A DNA stretch of 64,000 nucleotides from Acidobacteriota bacterium (GTDB lineage: Bacteria; Acidobacteriota; UBA6911; RPQK01; JAJDTT01). Below are positions 48,229 to 57,843 of the stretch, piece by piece (the first letter of the stretch is position 1; every line of letters begins with the position of its first letter). The notes under the pieces are model-generated. The model did not search any database, had not been told where the DNA came from, and worked only from the letters and a program-made list of their open reading frames with translations. Location of the stretch: positions 5,472,001 through 5,536,000 of the forward strand of contig CBDCJH010000002.1 in assembly GCA_965217775.1 (NCBI GenBank). The letters are read 5' to 3'. The translations under genes and the position numbers were made by a program.

Positions 48229-49764
48229 ATGCAATCACTGTGGAATTCCAAGTCCGGGTTCATCCTGCCGGGATGCGTTCTTGCCGTCTGGGTCACGGCC
48301 GCAGCCGGGTCCACTCTGGACGTGGCGCAGAACCGGCAGTTGTTCGTCGACGACTACATCATCGAATCTTTGGACGGTGCCACCAAGACTCTGAACCAGC
48401 CGGTCAAGGTCGGGGCCAACCCGGTGCTGCCCATGGTTCCCGAGGGGGACCCGTCCTGGGAAGCGGGAATGCACTTCTGCTTCATCACCATCCTCTTCGA
48501 CGAGGCGGATGGGATCTACAAGATGTGGTACAGCCTCTGGGGAGCCAAAGACCAATCGATGATCCTGGCCTACGCTACCAGCCGGGACGGGCTCCGATGG
48601 GTGAAGCCGTCGCTTGGCATCGTCGAGCATCGGGGCAGCCGGGAAAACAACATCATCATGGATCGGGACGGGCTGGAAACGGGTGTCTTCATCGATCCCC
48701 GCGAGACTGATCCCGCCAAACGGTTCAAGATGCTCTACCAGGGAATCCGGGCCGCCTATTCGGCGGACGGCCTCCACTGGACGGACTACAACGACGGGGA
48801 AAAGGTCATCTTCCACGCGCCGGGGCACGACAGCCAGCCGGTTCCCTACTGGGACGGCCGGCTCGGCAAGTACGTGGCCATCATCCGGGACCGCACCGGG
48901 ATGATCAAAGAGGTGCGCAAGAAGATGGTCAGCGATCCCTGGGCCCGCCGGGTCTACGCCCAGCTTTGGGGCGGACCCAAGAAGGACCGGGTCCCTGAGA
49001 ACCACAGCCTGCGCCGGGTTGGCCAAGTGGAGAGCGACGACTTCGTCCACTGGACTCCCATGCGGACGGTGGTGGCGGCCGACGACCGGGATCCGATGCA
49101 CCGGGACCAGTTCTACAACATGCAGGTCATGCTCCACGACGAGCTGCGGATCGGGTTGATGACCGTGTTCAGCTACGGTTACGAGCGTCCCCGGGGACCG
49201 GTCCAGTTGACCTACAGCCGCGACGGCCTGAACTGGCATCGTGGCGGCGACCGGGAGGTCTTCCTGCCCACGTCGGAGCGGCCGGGCGACTTCGACTGGG
49301 GGTTCATCTGGCCGGTGCAGGGGCCGCTGGTCCGGGATGACGAGATCCGGATCTACTACGTGGGGTGGGGCGCCGACCACAATTCCGTGCCGCCGGACGG
49401 TTTCACCGGATTCAAGAGCGGCGTCGCGCTGTCGAAGCTGCGCCTGGACGGGTTCGTCTCCGTCGACGCCGGAGCGGCGGGCGGCGTCCTGACCACCAGG
49501 CCCTTCCGCTTCCGCGGCGGCAAGCTGTTGTTGAATGCCGATGCGGGGTCGGGCTGGGTCCAGGTCGAGATTCTTTCCGCGGACGGCAAGCCGCTGGAAA
49601 ATTTCGGCAGGGACGATTGCGACGCTCTGGAATCGGACGCCGTCCGCCATCGCGTGACCTGGAACGGCCAGGGGAATCTGAAAGGCTTGGAGGGGCAGCC
49701 GGTCCGGCTGAAGTTCCATCTACGGAACGCCAAGCTTTTCTCGTTCGGTTTTCGAGATCGATAG
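48229..49764 (+). CDS. GH32/GH43-like beta-propeller plus C-terminal beta-sandwich, secreted
   Basis: QLFVDD, YATSRDGLRWVKP, YSRDGLNW, RLDGFVSV, LEGQPVRLKF. Confidence 0.78.
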   Translation: MQSLWNSKSGFILPGCVLAVWVTAAAGSTLDVAQNRQLFVDDYIIESLDGATKTLNQPVKVGANPVLPMVPEGDPSWEAGMHFCFITILFDEADGIYKMWYSLWGAKDQSMILAYATSRDGLRWVKPSLGIVEHRGSRENNIIMDRDGLETGVFIDPRETDPAKRFKMLYQGIRAAYSADGLHWTDYNDGEKVIFHAPGHDSQPVPYWDGRLGKYVAIIRDRTGMIKEVRKKMVSDPWARRVYAQLWGGPKKDRVPENHSLRRVGQVESDDFVHWTPMRTVVAADDRDPMHRDQFYNMQVMLHDELRIGLMTVFSYGYERPRGPVQLTYSRDGLNWHRGGDREVFLPTSERPGDFDWGFIWPVQGPLVRDDEIRIYYVGWGADHNSVPPDGFTGFKSGVALSKLRLDGFVSVDAGAAGGVLTTRPFRFRGGKLLLNADAGSGWVQVEILSADGKPLENFGRDDCDALESDAVRHRVTWNGQGNLKGLEGQPVRLKFHLRNAKLFSFGFRDR

Positions 49765-49778
49765 TGGAGGGTTGGACG

Positions 49779-50990
49779 ATGACACGGAAACTGGAATGGA
49801 TTGGGGTCGTCCTGTTGGCGTTGGGCGCCTCCTGCGCTCCGACTGAATTCGCTCCCGGAGCGAAGGTCGAGATCGAGGCGGAGGTGATGGTGGACCCCGT
49901 AGAATCGGGACTGGAACGTTCCATGCTGGGCATGGTCACCCACCCGGACGGGAGCATCTACCTGAACACCCAAACCCAGCAGAGGCTCTACAAGAGCACC
50001 GATCAGGGGAGAAGCTGGACCCGGTTGCCGGTAAATCTTCCGGAGGCGCCTCCCGATCAGGTTCAACACGGACTCTTTGTCAGCCGCGATGGCCGTCTCT
50101 GGCTGATGCATCAGTCTCCTGGCGGCAAGGACCTGTTCGTTTCCGTTTCGAACGACTCGGGAAGCACCTGGAAGACCACGTCCATCGATTTCGGACAGTT
50201 CTCACCGGGCGGATCCGAGGACCCCTACGTCCTCTGCGCAAACGACTACAACACCTTCTTCCAGGAGGCGGACGGCACCGTGGCGCTGGGGGTGGGCCTG
50301 CGTTACGCGGATCATAGGGATTACCAGCAGGAGGACCGGTCGCGGCCGGGATTTCACGAGACTCTGATCCGAACGCGGGACGAAGGAGCGAGCTGGGGCG
50401 ATCCCACCGAAGTCCACCAGCACATCGCCGAAACCGGCTACGCCGTGGACCCCAACCCCTCGATGCGCGTCCTGGCCATGACGCGGATCCAGAGGCCTCC
50501 GTTTCCGGGAGAAGACGTGGCGGCGATGTCGAAGCGCAGCGGAGCTCCTCCGGGGGCCTCGGCCATCTACAAACAGGGAATACTCCTCGAATCCAGCGAC
50601 GGCGGACGGACCTTCCAGGAGGTGCCGGGAAGCCTGAACGAATACTACGGGCACCGGGGGACCATCCTCTGGACCCCGAGAAACGTGGTCGTGATCACCC
50701 ACCAGGGAGGTGTCCCGGGCAAGAGTGCCCCTGACGGCACGGTGCTGGCGCGGGTCAGCCTGGACGGGGGACGGACTTGGGTGAACGAGACGGAATCGGG
50801 GACCCCCTCCATGGCCGATTCCACCCGGTTTCTGCTGGTGCCCCAGCCGCCGGGCCACTCTTATACGGCCCCGACGGTGGAGTTGGAGCCGGACCACTTC
50901 CTGACCGTCTACAACACCCGGCATCCAGGGTGGGAGAGCCGGGCCGTCAAGGGTGTCTTCTGGCGTCTGGTGCGGTCGTCGGCAAACTGA
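49779..50990 (+). CDS. BNR/Asp-box lipoprotein, distant paralog of the tandem trio
   Basis: ASC lipobox; SRPGFHETLIRTRDEG, WGDPT.VHQH.AET.YAVDP, TRIQR; GGAGG RBS. Confidence 0.85.
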   Translation: MTRKLEWIGVVLLALGASCAPTEFAPGAKVEIEAEVMVDPVESGLERSMLGMVTHPDGSIYLNTQTQQRLYKSTDQGRSWTRLPVNLPEAPPDQVQHGLFVSRDGRLWLMHQSPGGKDLFVSVSNDSGSTWKTTSIDFGQFSPGGSEDPYVLCANDYNTFFQEADGTVALGVGLRYADHRDYQQEDRSRPGFHETLIRTRDEGASWGDPTEVHQHIAETGYAVDPNPSMRVLAMTRIQRPPFPGEDVAAMSKRSGAPPGASAIYKQGILLESSDGGRTFQEVPGSLNEYYGHRGTILWTPRNVVVITHQGGVPGKSAPDGTVLARVSLDGGRTWVNETESGTPSMADSTRFLLVPQPPGHSYTAPTVELEPDHFLTVYNTRHPGWESRAVKGVFWRLVRSSAN

Positions 50991-51021
50991 TCGGAGAGGC
51001 AGGCAGCGAGCCGGGAAAGGA

Positions 51022-54000
51022 TTACGGATCCGTTTCCACAGGCTCTTGCACGACCAGCAGGCGGCCGGCCGGAACCTCCTCCAGGACCTGGGTGGCGCCG
51101 CTGGGCCAGCGGACCTCCAAGCGGTCCACCTGGGTCGCATCACCCAGGCCGAAGGTCAGCCGCGGATCGCTCTCGGAGAGATAGCTGGAGCCGCTTCGAC
51201 GGTAGCGCCGTTGGGTTGTGGAACCGGATTTCACGGTGACCAGGGCGCCGATGCCGTCCCGGTTGGAGGCGTTGCCGACGAGCCGGATCCGGAGCCAGTG
51301 GTTTCGGTTTCCCCCCTGGTTGCGAAGCAGGTGCGCCGGACCTCCGTTTTCCGTTACGACCAGATCCAGGTCCCCGTCGTTGTCATAGTCGATGGCTGCG
51401 GCGCCGCGGCCCGCATAAGCTTGATCCAGAGCGGGACCCGCCTCCCCGCCCATGGGCAGGAAGCGGCCGTCCCTCCGGTTGCGGAACAGGAGCGGCCGTT
51501 GCCGGTAGGTCAGCCGGGTCTGAACCGTCTCCACCAGGTCGTCGATGTGGCCGTTGATCGCCAACAGGTCTTGCCAACCGTCCAGATCGTAGTCCAGAAA
51601 GAGGAGTCCGAAGCCCAGGGTCAAGAGACTGGGCTGACCGATGCCCGCCGGGACGGCCTGATCGATGAAGTTCAGGTCGCTGCCCCAGCGGTAGAAGCCG
51701 ATCCCCTCGTAGGAGAAGTTGGTAACGGCCACCACCCCTCGCCCGTCGTTGTCGGCGTCGGCCACGTCGACCCCCATGCCGGCCCGGGCCTGGCCCGATT
51801 CGGAAAAACCGAATCCGTTGCGAGTTCCCACCTCCTCGAAGCGGAAGCCGCCCCGGTTCAGGTAGATCTTGTCCGGCTGAGTGTCCTCGGCCACCACGAG
51901 ATCCATCAGTCCGTTCCCGTCGAAATCCCAAAGGGCCACTCCCAAGGCTTTTCCCGAGGGGTTGAACAGTCCCGCCTCCCTGGTGACGTCCCGGAATCGC
52001 CCGCCGCCCAGGTTGCGAAAGAGGCGCGAGGTGTCACCGGTGAAGATCTCGGGAGTGCAGTAGTGCTTGACCCCGGGGCCGTAACCGCACCGCTGATCCT
52101 GGGAAGGGCTCCAACGGACGTAGTTGGTCACGAAGAGGTCGAGCTTGCCGTCATTGTCGGCGTCCAGCCAGGCCGCGCTCGCCCCCCAGGAGGGATCTCC
52201 GACGCCGGCATCAACGCTCACGTTCGCAAAGGTCCCGTCGCCGTTGTTCCGGTAGAGCCGGTTGAGGCCCAGAATCGTCACATAGAGGTCCGGAAAGCCG
52301 TCGTTGTCATAATCTCCGGCCGCCGCCCCCATGCCGTAGGCGTGAACTTCCAGCCCGGCCTCCCGGGTGACGTCGGTAAACGTGCCGTCGCCCAGGTTGC
52401 GGAAGAGGACGGAACCGACCCCCTCGGGCGTCCCGCCTTCCAGGCGCCACCCGTTGACGAAGAAGAGGTCCATCCACCCGTCCTGATCGAAGTCCAGGAC
52501 CGCCACTCCCGAGCCAATGGTCTCGGGCAGGTACCGTTTCCCCGTCTCCCCCTGGTAGTGCCGGAAGCGGATGCCCGCTGCTTCGGTCACGTCGGTGAAC
52601 TGGACTGGAGCAGGTTCGGCGTGAGCCAAGGCGGCGGCTGGCACCCGAAACCGCTCCGGTATGAAGGCTTCAACTCTCACACGGGTTTCGGAGACGAGGC
52701 CGTCCCATCCTCGCCGCAGCCATCCCAGGAGCCTTCCCTCCACCTCGGACCTCTGTTCCCTGTCAAGTGCAGCGGACGGATCGGTGCCCCCCCGATCCCG
52801 GACGAAGACATCGACGATCCCGTTGTCGTCCCGAGACACCAGATTCGAGGCCTGGGACTCGAAGGCCACGAAGCGGGCATCGGCGCTGATGGTAGGATCC
52901 CGGCTCGGGCCATTCGTTTCCCCGCCCTTTTCGGTCAGGCTGGCCCGGGTCGTCGCTCCTGTCATCCGGTCGTGCACGAAGACGTCCAGAGTTCCGTTGG
53001 TGTCGCCGTCCACCAGGTTGGAGGCGAAGGAGTGGAAGGTCACCCATCGGCCGTCGGCACTGAGGGCGGCTATTCCGCTGCCCCCGTTGGCTTGGCGTCC
53101 CCGGCTGTCGACGCTCACCCGGGTGGTCTCCCCCGTCTGTCGGTCGTGGACGAAGACGTCGATTTCCTGGTTGGTGTCGCCGTCCACCAGGTTGGATCCG
53201 TAGGAGCCGAAGCCCACGAAACGTCCGTCGGCGCTGAGACTCGGGGCCGAGCTGCCCCCGTTGGCTTGGCGTCCCCGGCTGTCGACGCTGATCCGAGTCG
53301 TTTCCCCCGTCTGTCGGTCGTGCACGAAGACGTCCGACACCCGGTTTGTGTCTCCAGGCACCAAGTCGGTGGCCAGCGACTCGAAGGCTACGTATCGGCC
53401 ACTGCCGTCCAAGCTGGAACCGGCACTGGAGCCGTTGGCCTGGCGTCCCCGGCTGTCGACGCTCACCCGATTCGTCTCCCCTGTCTGGCGATCATGGACG
53501 AAGACGTCGGTAGATTCGTTGGTGTCGCCATCCACCAAGTTGGAAGCGAGCGACTCGAAAGCCACGACACGGCCGTCGGAACTGAGGCAGGGTACCCCGT
53601 TGGCGCGGTTGCCCTGGTCCCCTCCGCTGCCGAGGCTGACTCGTGTGGTCTGGCTTGACTTGCGGTCGTGGACGAAGACGTCCAGAGCACCGTTGGTGTC
53701 TCCGTCCACCAGGTTGGAAGCGAGCGATTCGAAGGCGACGATGCGGCCACCGGCGCTGATCCTGGGAAACTGACTCAGACCGTTACCCTGGTTCCCCGCG
53801 TCGTCCACGCTAGCCCGGATGGTCTCCCCCGTTTCACGGTCGTGGACGAAGACGTCCGACACCCAGTTGGTATCTCCGTCCACCAGGTTGGATGCGGTCG
53901 AGGTGTAGACGACGAAGCGTCCTGAGGCGCTGATCTGGGCGTACTGACTGGGACCGTTTCCCCGGTTGGGTCCGTGGACGCTGATTCGTGTGGTGGTCTG

Positions 54001-54099
54001 GCCGGAAAGATCGGTGGCCGGCAGTATCAGCGGGATGAGCAACGTGAGACTGGCGAAAACGTCTGCCGTCTTCCGTGAGCGCCGACCCGGTTCTCTCAC
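51022..54099 (-). CDS. Fusion of a TolB/PD40-like 7-repeat propeller and a CRTAC1/ASPIC-UnbV FG-GAP protein
   Basis: Seven SNLV.GD.N..DVFV.DR repeats (58-aa period), then FTDVT.AAG, DYDNDG repeats and SNRDGIGA...FGLG...VRWPSG. Confidence 0.88.
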   Translation of the reverse strand: MREPGRRSRKTADVFASLTLLIPLILPATDLSGQTTTRISVHGPNRGNGPSQYAQISASGRFVVYTSTASNLVDGDTNWVSDVFVHDRETGETIRASVDDAGNQGNGLSQFPRISAGGRIVAFESLASNLVDGDTNGALDVFVHDRKSSQTTRVSLGSGGDQGNRANGVPCLSSDGRVVAFESLASNLVDGDTNESTDVFVHDRQTGETNRVSVDSRGRQANGSSAGSSLDGSGRYVAFESLATDLVPGDTNRVSDVFVHDRQTGETTRISVDSRGRQANGGSSAPSLSADGRFVGFGSYGSNLVDGDTNQEIDVFVHDRQTGETTRVSVDSRGRQANGGSGIAALSADGRWVTFHSFASNLVDGDTNGTLDVFVHDRMTGATTRASLTEKGGETNGPSRDPTISADARFVAFESQASNLVSRDDNGIVDVFVRDRGGTDPSAALDREQRSEVEGRLLGWLRRGWDGLVSETRVRVEAFIPERFRVPAAALAHAEPAPVQFTDVTEAAGIRFRHYQGETGKRYLPETIGSGVAVLDFDQDGWMDLFFVNGWRLEGGTPEGVGSVLFRNLGDGTFTDVTREAGLEVHAYGMGAAAGDYDNDGFPDLYVTILGLNRLYRNNGDGTFANVSVDAGVGDPSWGASAAWLDADNDGKLDLFVTNYVRWSPSQDQRCGYGPGVKHYCTPEIFTGDTSRLFRNLGGGRFRDVTREAGLFNPSGKALGVALWDFDGNGLMDLVVAEDTQPDKIYLNRGGFRFEEVGTRNGFGFSESGQARAGMGVDVADADNDGRGVVAVTNFSYEGIGFYRWGSDLNFIDQAVPAGIGQPSLLTLGFGLLFLDYDLDGWQDLLAINGHIDDLVETVQTRLTYRQRPLLFRNRRDGRFLPMGGEAGPALDQAYAGRGAAAIDYDNDGDLDLVVTENGGPAHLLRNQGGNRNHWLRIRLVGNASNRDGIGALVTVKSGSTTQRRYRRSGSSYLSESDPRLTFGLGDATQVDRLEVRWPSGATQVLEEVPAGRLLVVQEPVETDP

Positions 54100-54109
54100 G
54101 ATTCCGCCA

Positions 54110-54586
54110 TCATCCGCCCCGGCGGAGATTCTGGTTCGATCGAGACTTCACCTTGTCGATGAATCTTTTCCAGACCGGATAATCGGCGGGGTCCCAGATC
54201 GAAGCGATATGCGTGCGGGCGCCCTCCCAGGACCAGTCCAAGTCTTTCATCGCATAGAGAGAGTAGAAGGCGCTGACCCGGTAGTTGGCCGCGCAATGGA
54301 TCAGGATCTTCTTGTCCCCGGCGTTTTCCATGACGCGTCTGAAGCGGCTGAAGTCCGCTTCCGTCGGGTTACCGAAGTCGACCGGAATGTAATGGTATTC
54401 CAATCCCCTACCCTCGACAATTTCACGTTCTTTCGGGACCGCCACCTCCGATGAGTCCGGCAACAGGTTGACCACCGCATCGAATCCTTCTCTCCTGAGC
54501 CGCCGGAGGCGGTCTTCGGACACCGATCCGGAGGTCGCGACCCGCTCACTGATTTTCCGATAGTTGACGGCGCCTTCGATGCCCAT
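54110..54586 (-). CDS. DUF442/tyrosine-phosphatase-like protein
   Basis: VVNL.P, GLEYHYIPV, IHCAANYRVS. Confidence 0.82.
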   Translation of the reverse strand: MGIEGAVNYRKISERVATSGSVSEDRLRRLRREGFDAVVNLLPDSSEVAVPKEREIVEGRGLEYHYIPVDFGNPTEADFSRFRRVMENAGDKKILIHCAANYRVSAFYSLYAMKDLDWSWEGARTHIASIWDPADYPVWKRFIDKVKSRSNQNLRRGG

Positions 54587-54667
54587 GCTTTCTCCTCAAT
54601 CCGGATGTTGGTACGCTCGAATCAGAGCCGTTCGGTCCGAGCCTGCGGAAAAGATATGGAGCGCGAC

Positions 54668-57600
54668 ATGGAAGAGTGGAAGATCCTGAGTGTGGATCCT
54701 CTCCCGGTGGTGGGGCGGCCGGCTGCGGACCTGCCTTTCCCTCATCGTTGGATCGAGTTGGAGATTGCGAAGCCGGAGGGGTCGCTTCCGCCCGCCCTGA
54801 CGCTTGAAACGACGGCGGAAGACGTGACCTTGCGCTGTCCCGCCGAGCCCTGGCCGGAAGCGGGCAGGCTGTCGCTCCTGGCAGTGGTGAAGGACGTCGC
54901 CGATCCGGTCCGTGCCTCGATCCGGCTGCTTGCCGGGGAACGGATTCTGGCCGTGACCGAGTTCGAGACCGGGCCGGTTCCCCTCTTCGACTACCACCTG
55001 ATGCCTTCGTCCCATCTCTGTTTCGGCTATTTTACCGGCCTTCCCGAGCACTGGGAGGCGTTCCGGTCGCTAGATGACGCCATCCAGTTGATTTCTGAGG
55101 ACGACGACTACACCTACAACGTGGAATTCCTCTACGGACTCAAGAACCTGTTGCACAAGCGGCCGCAGTTGCAGGAGAGGGTGAAACGATTCATCCGGGA
55201 GGGGCGGCTGGACATCAGCCCCACCCTGGCGCCCAGTTACGCTGACTTCTATGAAGGGGAATCCTACATCCGGCAATTCTCCGAAAGCCAGTGGTGGCTC
55301 CGCCGCCGTCTGGGGGTGCAGGGCCGCGTCCTCTACTCCTGCGACAGTCCCGGGTTCGACCCGCAGATGCCTCAGATCCTGGACAAATGCGGGATTTCCT
55401 TCTTCTGGCGCGGACGCTACGGGGGTATCTATCCCCGCCCCTCGGGCAGTCAGTTGCTCGACGTCGAGGGCGCGGACGGCACCCGCCATCCCAACTTCGT
55501 TCCGCAGGAAGGGGTCCTGGCCGGGTACACCACGCCCACCATCTCCGCCCTCTGGCGGACCGACGAACTCATAGAGGGAGGTTTCGCCTCCCGGAGCAAG
55601 GTGGTACGCCAGACGGCGGCCTCCATTCGCTCGGTCCTTGCGGCCTGGGGCGCCCCCTACGTGGGTCACGCCGCGGCCCGGGACCAAGCCGAATCGAGGC
55701 GGGCCCTGATCAACCGGGTGACGGCCTGGAACCGCAGCTTCGTCACTCCCCGGGCCCGGTTCAATACCCTGAGCCGGTTCTCGGACCAGGTCGCCGCCGA
55801 CTCCCGGGTCCGGCGGGACCGCCACCAGGGCTACCTGCCCCACTTCGCGCTGAACGCCCACGGGATGTACCCCATCATGGAGCAGTCCCATCGAGCCGGC
55901 TACGACCTGGCGGCCGCGGAGAAGGCCGCCGCCCTCGACTATTGCGTCACCGGCGCCCTCTATCCCAGGGACCTGCTGTCCGCCCTCTGGTCCGACCTGC
56001 TCTTCACCCAGCAGCACGAGCAGATCGGCTGGGCCGGCGACGAGACCATCCAGCACACCCGGGACATCTTGAGGCGGGTCCAGGGAGCGGCCGGCGACGT
56101 GACGTTGTCGGCCGCTCACCGGATCGCCTCCAAGATCGCTTTTCGGCGGGAGGACACGGCCGTCGTGGTCTTCAACCTGTTGAATTGGGAGCGCCGGGAC
56201 GTGGTTGAGCTACCGCTTCCCGGCTCGGTCGAAAAGGGACGGCTGGCACTCTCCGATTCCACGGGTTCCCCGGTCCCCCACGAGTTGGGGCCGAAAGACA
56301 CGCTGCGTTTCAGCGCTCGGGTCCCCGCCATGGGATACGAGACCTTCTATCTGAACGGGAACGGAAAACCGGAGGCGACCGACAGTCCCCTGAAAACGGG
56401 TCGGCACTCTATCGAAAACGAGTTCTATCGGGTCTGTCTGGACCCTGCGACAGGTTTTTGCGAGAGCCTCTACGACAAGACACTGGGAGTCGAGCTGGTG
56501 GATGGTTCGGCTGCATTCGGAGCGGGAGAACTGCTCATCGAAGAGGACAGCGGGCGCAGTTGCATCGACTTCGATCCCACCGGACGGGAGTATCGCAGCC
56601 GCGATCATGGCCCGCCTGAAATCCGGGTCAACGGAGGAGGCGTTTCGGCGAGCATCGAGGTGCGCCGTCCCCTCCTGACTCCGAAGGACGGCCCTGCCTT
56701 CTTCGGAGGCTACTGGAGCCAACGTTGTGTCCTCTACGCCGGCCTGCGGCGCGTGGACTTCTTCTTTCGTTGGCACTGGAACAACCGTCCCAGGCACGGA
56801 TTGCGCTGGTTCTTTCCGCTGAACCTGGAAGACCCGGAGATCGTTTTCGACACTCTGTTTGCCACTCAGGAGCACGAGCGGCACCTGACCGACCGGCTGG
56901 GAGCGGACGAGGTATGGCTGGCTGGCGAGAAGGCGAGGGCCGACCGGGACGCCCGCATGACGGGCCGTTTCCTCAGCTTCCGGGACCGCCGGCGCGACTT
57001 CTGCGTCACCGTCACTCCTCCCAAGAGCATGATGCGGTTCGACCGGGGCTCCCTCTGCGCCCAGCTCTCCAGCAATTGCAGCATCTACGCGCCCACCTTC
57101 AACTTCTTCCCGGGAGAGCAGGAGGCTCAGCTTTCACTGACCTCCCACGCCGGCGACTGGAAGAGCGGGCAGGACTGGCGGTTCGGCTGGGAGCACCTGG
57201 CAGGATGGAACCGGCTCCTACCCATCGTTCCGGACAGCCGCTACGACATCCTTCCGGAGCAAGCGAGCCTCATGGCCGTGGGCCCGGACAACGTGGTGCT
57301 CTCGGCGTTGAAGCTGTCCCAGGAAGGAGAGGACCTGGTGGCCCGGGTCTACGAGGCCGAGGGCCGCCCGGTGAACATGACTTGCAAACTGCTGGCTCCG
57401 TTCGTGACCTTTCGTCCGTACGAGCTGGCCCTGCACCGGCGCGGAGAGGCACCGCTGATTCCCCGCAAATTCGGTCCGTTGCCGGTGGTCGAAGCTTGGG
57501 AGACCGATCTTCTGGAAAACAACCTGAATAAACTTGGCCGGGAGGCGCCGGTTCAAGGGTTGCCCGTCGCTGCCAGCGAGATCAAGACCCTCAGGCTGGT

Positions 57601-57751
57601 CCTACCCGAGGTCAGGCGGGGAGACGTCAGCGCGGAGCTGGGAGAGCGAACCGTCTACCGCCTGGAAAAGGCGCCTCCCGAACCGGAAGGCAGCGGAGGC
57701 GAGCCGGAAGAACCCATCACCGGAACCTCCCAATATCTGGGGGTGGGATAG
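54668..57751 (+). CDS. GH38 alpha-mannosidase-like protein with atypical active site
   Basis: GESYIRQ, DSPGF.PQMPQIL..CG, GADGT, VVFNLLNWERRD, VPAMGY, IENEFYRV, SALK.SQEG..LV.RVYE; start inferred. Confidence 0.8.
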   Translation: MEEWKILSVDPLPVVGRPAADLPFPHRWIELEIAKPEGSLPPALTLETTAEDVTLRCPAEPWPEAGRLSLLAVVKDVADPVRASIRLLAGERILAVTEFETGPVPLFDYHLMPSSHLCFGYFTGLPEHWEAFRSLDDAIQLISEDDDYTYNVEFLYGLKNLLHKRPQLQERVKRFIREGRLDISPTLAPSYADFYEGESYIRQFSESQWWLRRRLGVQGRVLYSCDSPGFDPQMPQILDKCGISFFWRGRYGGIYPRPSGSQLLDVEGADGTRHPNFVPQEGVLAGYTTPTISALWRTDELIEGGFASRSKVVRQTAASIRSVLAAWGAPYVGHAAARDQAESRRALINRVTAWNRSFVTPRARFNTLSRFSDQVAADSRVRRDRHQGYLPHFALNAHGMYPIMEQSHRAGYDLAAAEKAAALDYCVTGALYPRDLLSALWSDLLFTQQHEQIGWAGDETIQHTRDILRRVQGAAGDVTLSAAHRIASKIAFRREDTAVVVFNLLNWERRDVVELPLPGSVEKGRLALSDSTGSPVPHELGPKDTLRFSARVPAMGYETFYLNGNGKPEATDSPLKTGRHSIENEFYRVCLDPATGFCESLYDKTLGVELVDGSAAFGAGELLIEEDSGRSCIDFDPTGREYRSRDHGPPEIRVNGGGVSASIEVRRPLLTPKDGPAFFGGYWSQRCVLYAGLRRVDFFFRWHWNNRPRHGLRWFFPLNLEDPEIVFDTLFATQEHERHLTDRLGADEVWLAGEKARADRDARMTGRFLSFRDRRRDFCVTVTPPKSMMRFDRGSLCAQLSSNCSIYAPTFNFFPGEQEAQLSLTSHAGDWKSGQDWRFGWEHLAGWNRLLPIVPDSRYDILPEQASLMAVGPDNVVLSALKLSQEGEDLVARVYEAEGRPVNMTCKLLAPFVTFRPYELALHRRGEAPLIPRKFGPLPVVEAWETDLLENNLNKLGREAPVQGLPVAASEIKTLRLVLPEVRRGDVSAELGERTVYRLEKAPPEPEGSGGEPEEPITGTSQYLGVG

Positions 57752-57775
57752 GCGACGATTTTCTTGCCACCGATT

Positions 57776-57834
57776 GGGAGCGGCGACTTTCTTGTCGCCG
57801 AATGGGACCGGCGGCTTTCTTGCCGCCGAACTCC
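57776..57834 (+). repeat. Tandem GGAG-type REP-like hairpins
   Basis: GGGAGCGGCGACTTTCTTGTCGCCG and GGGACCGGCGGCTTTCTTGCCGCCGAACTCC; degenerate copy at about 57750. Confidence 0.75.
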
Positions 57835-57843
57835 AGATGAGGT

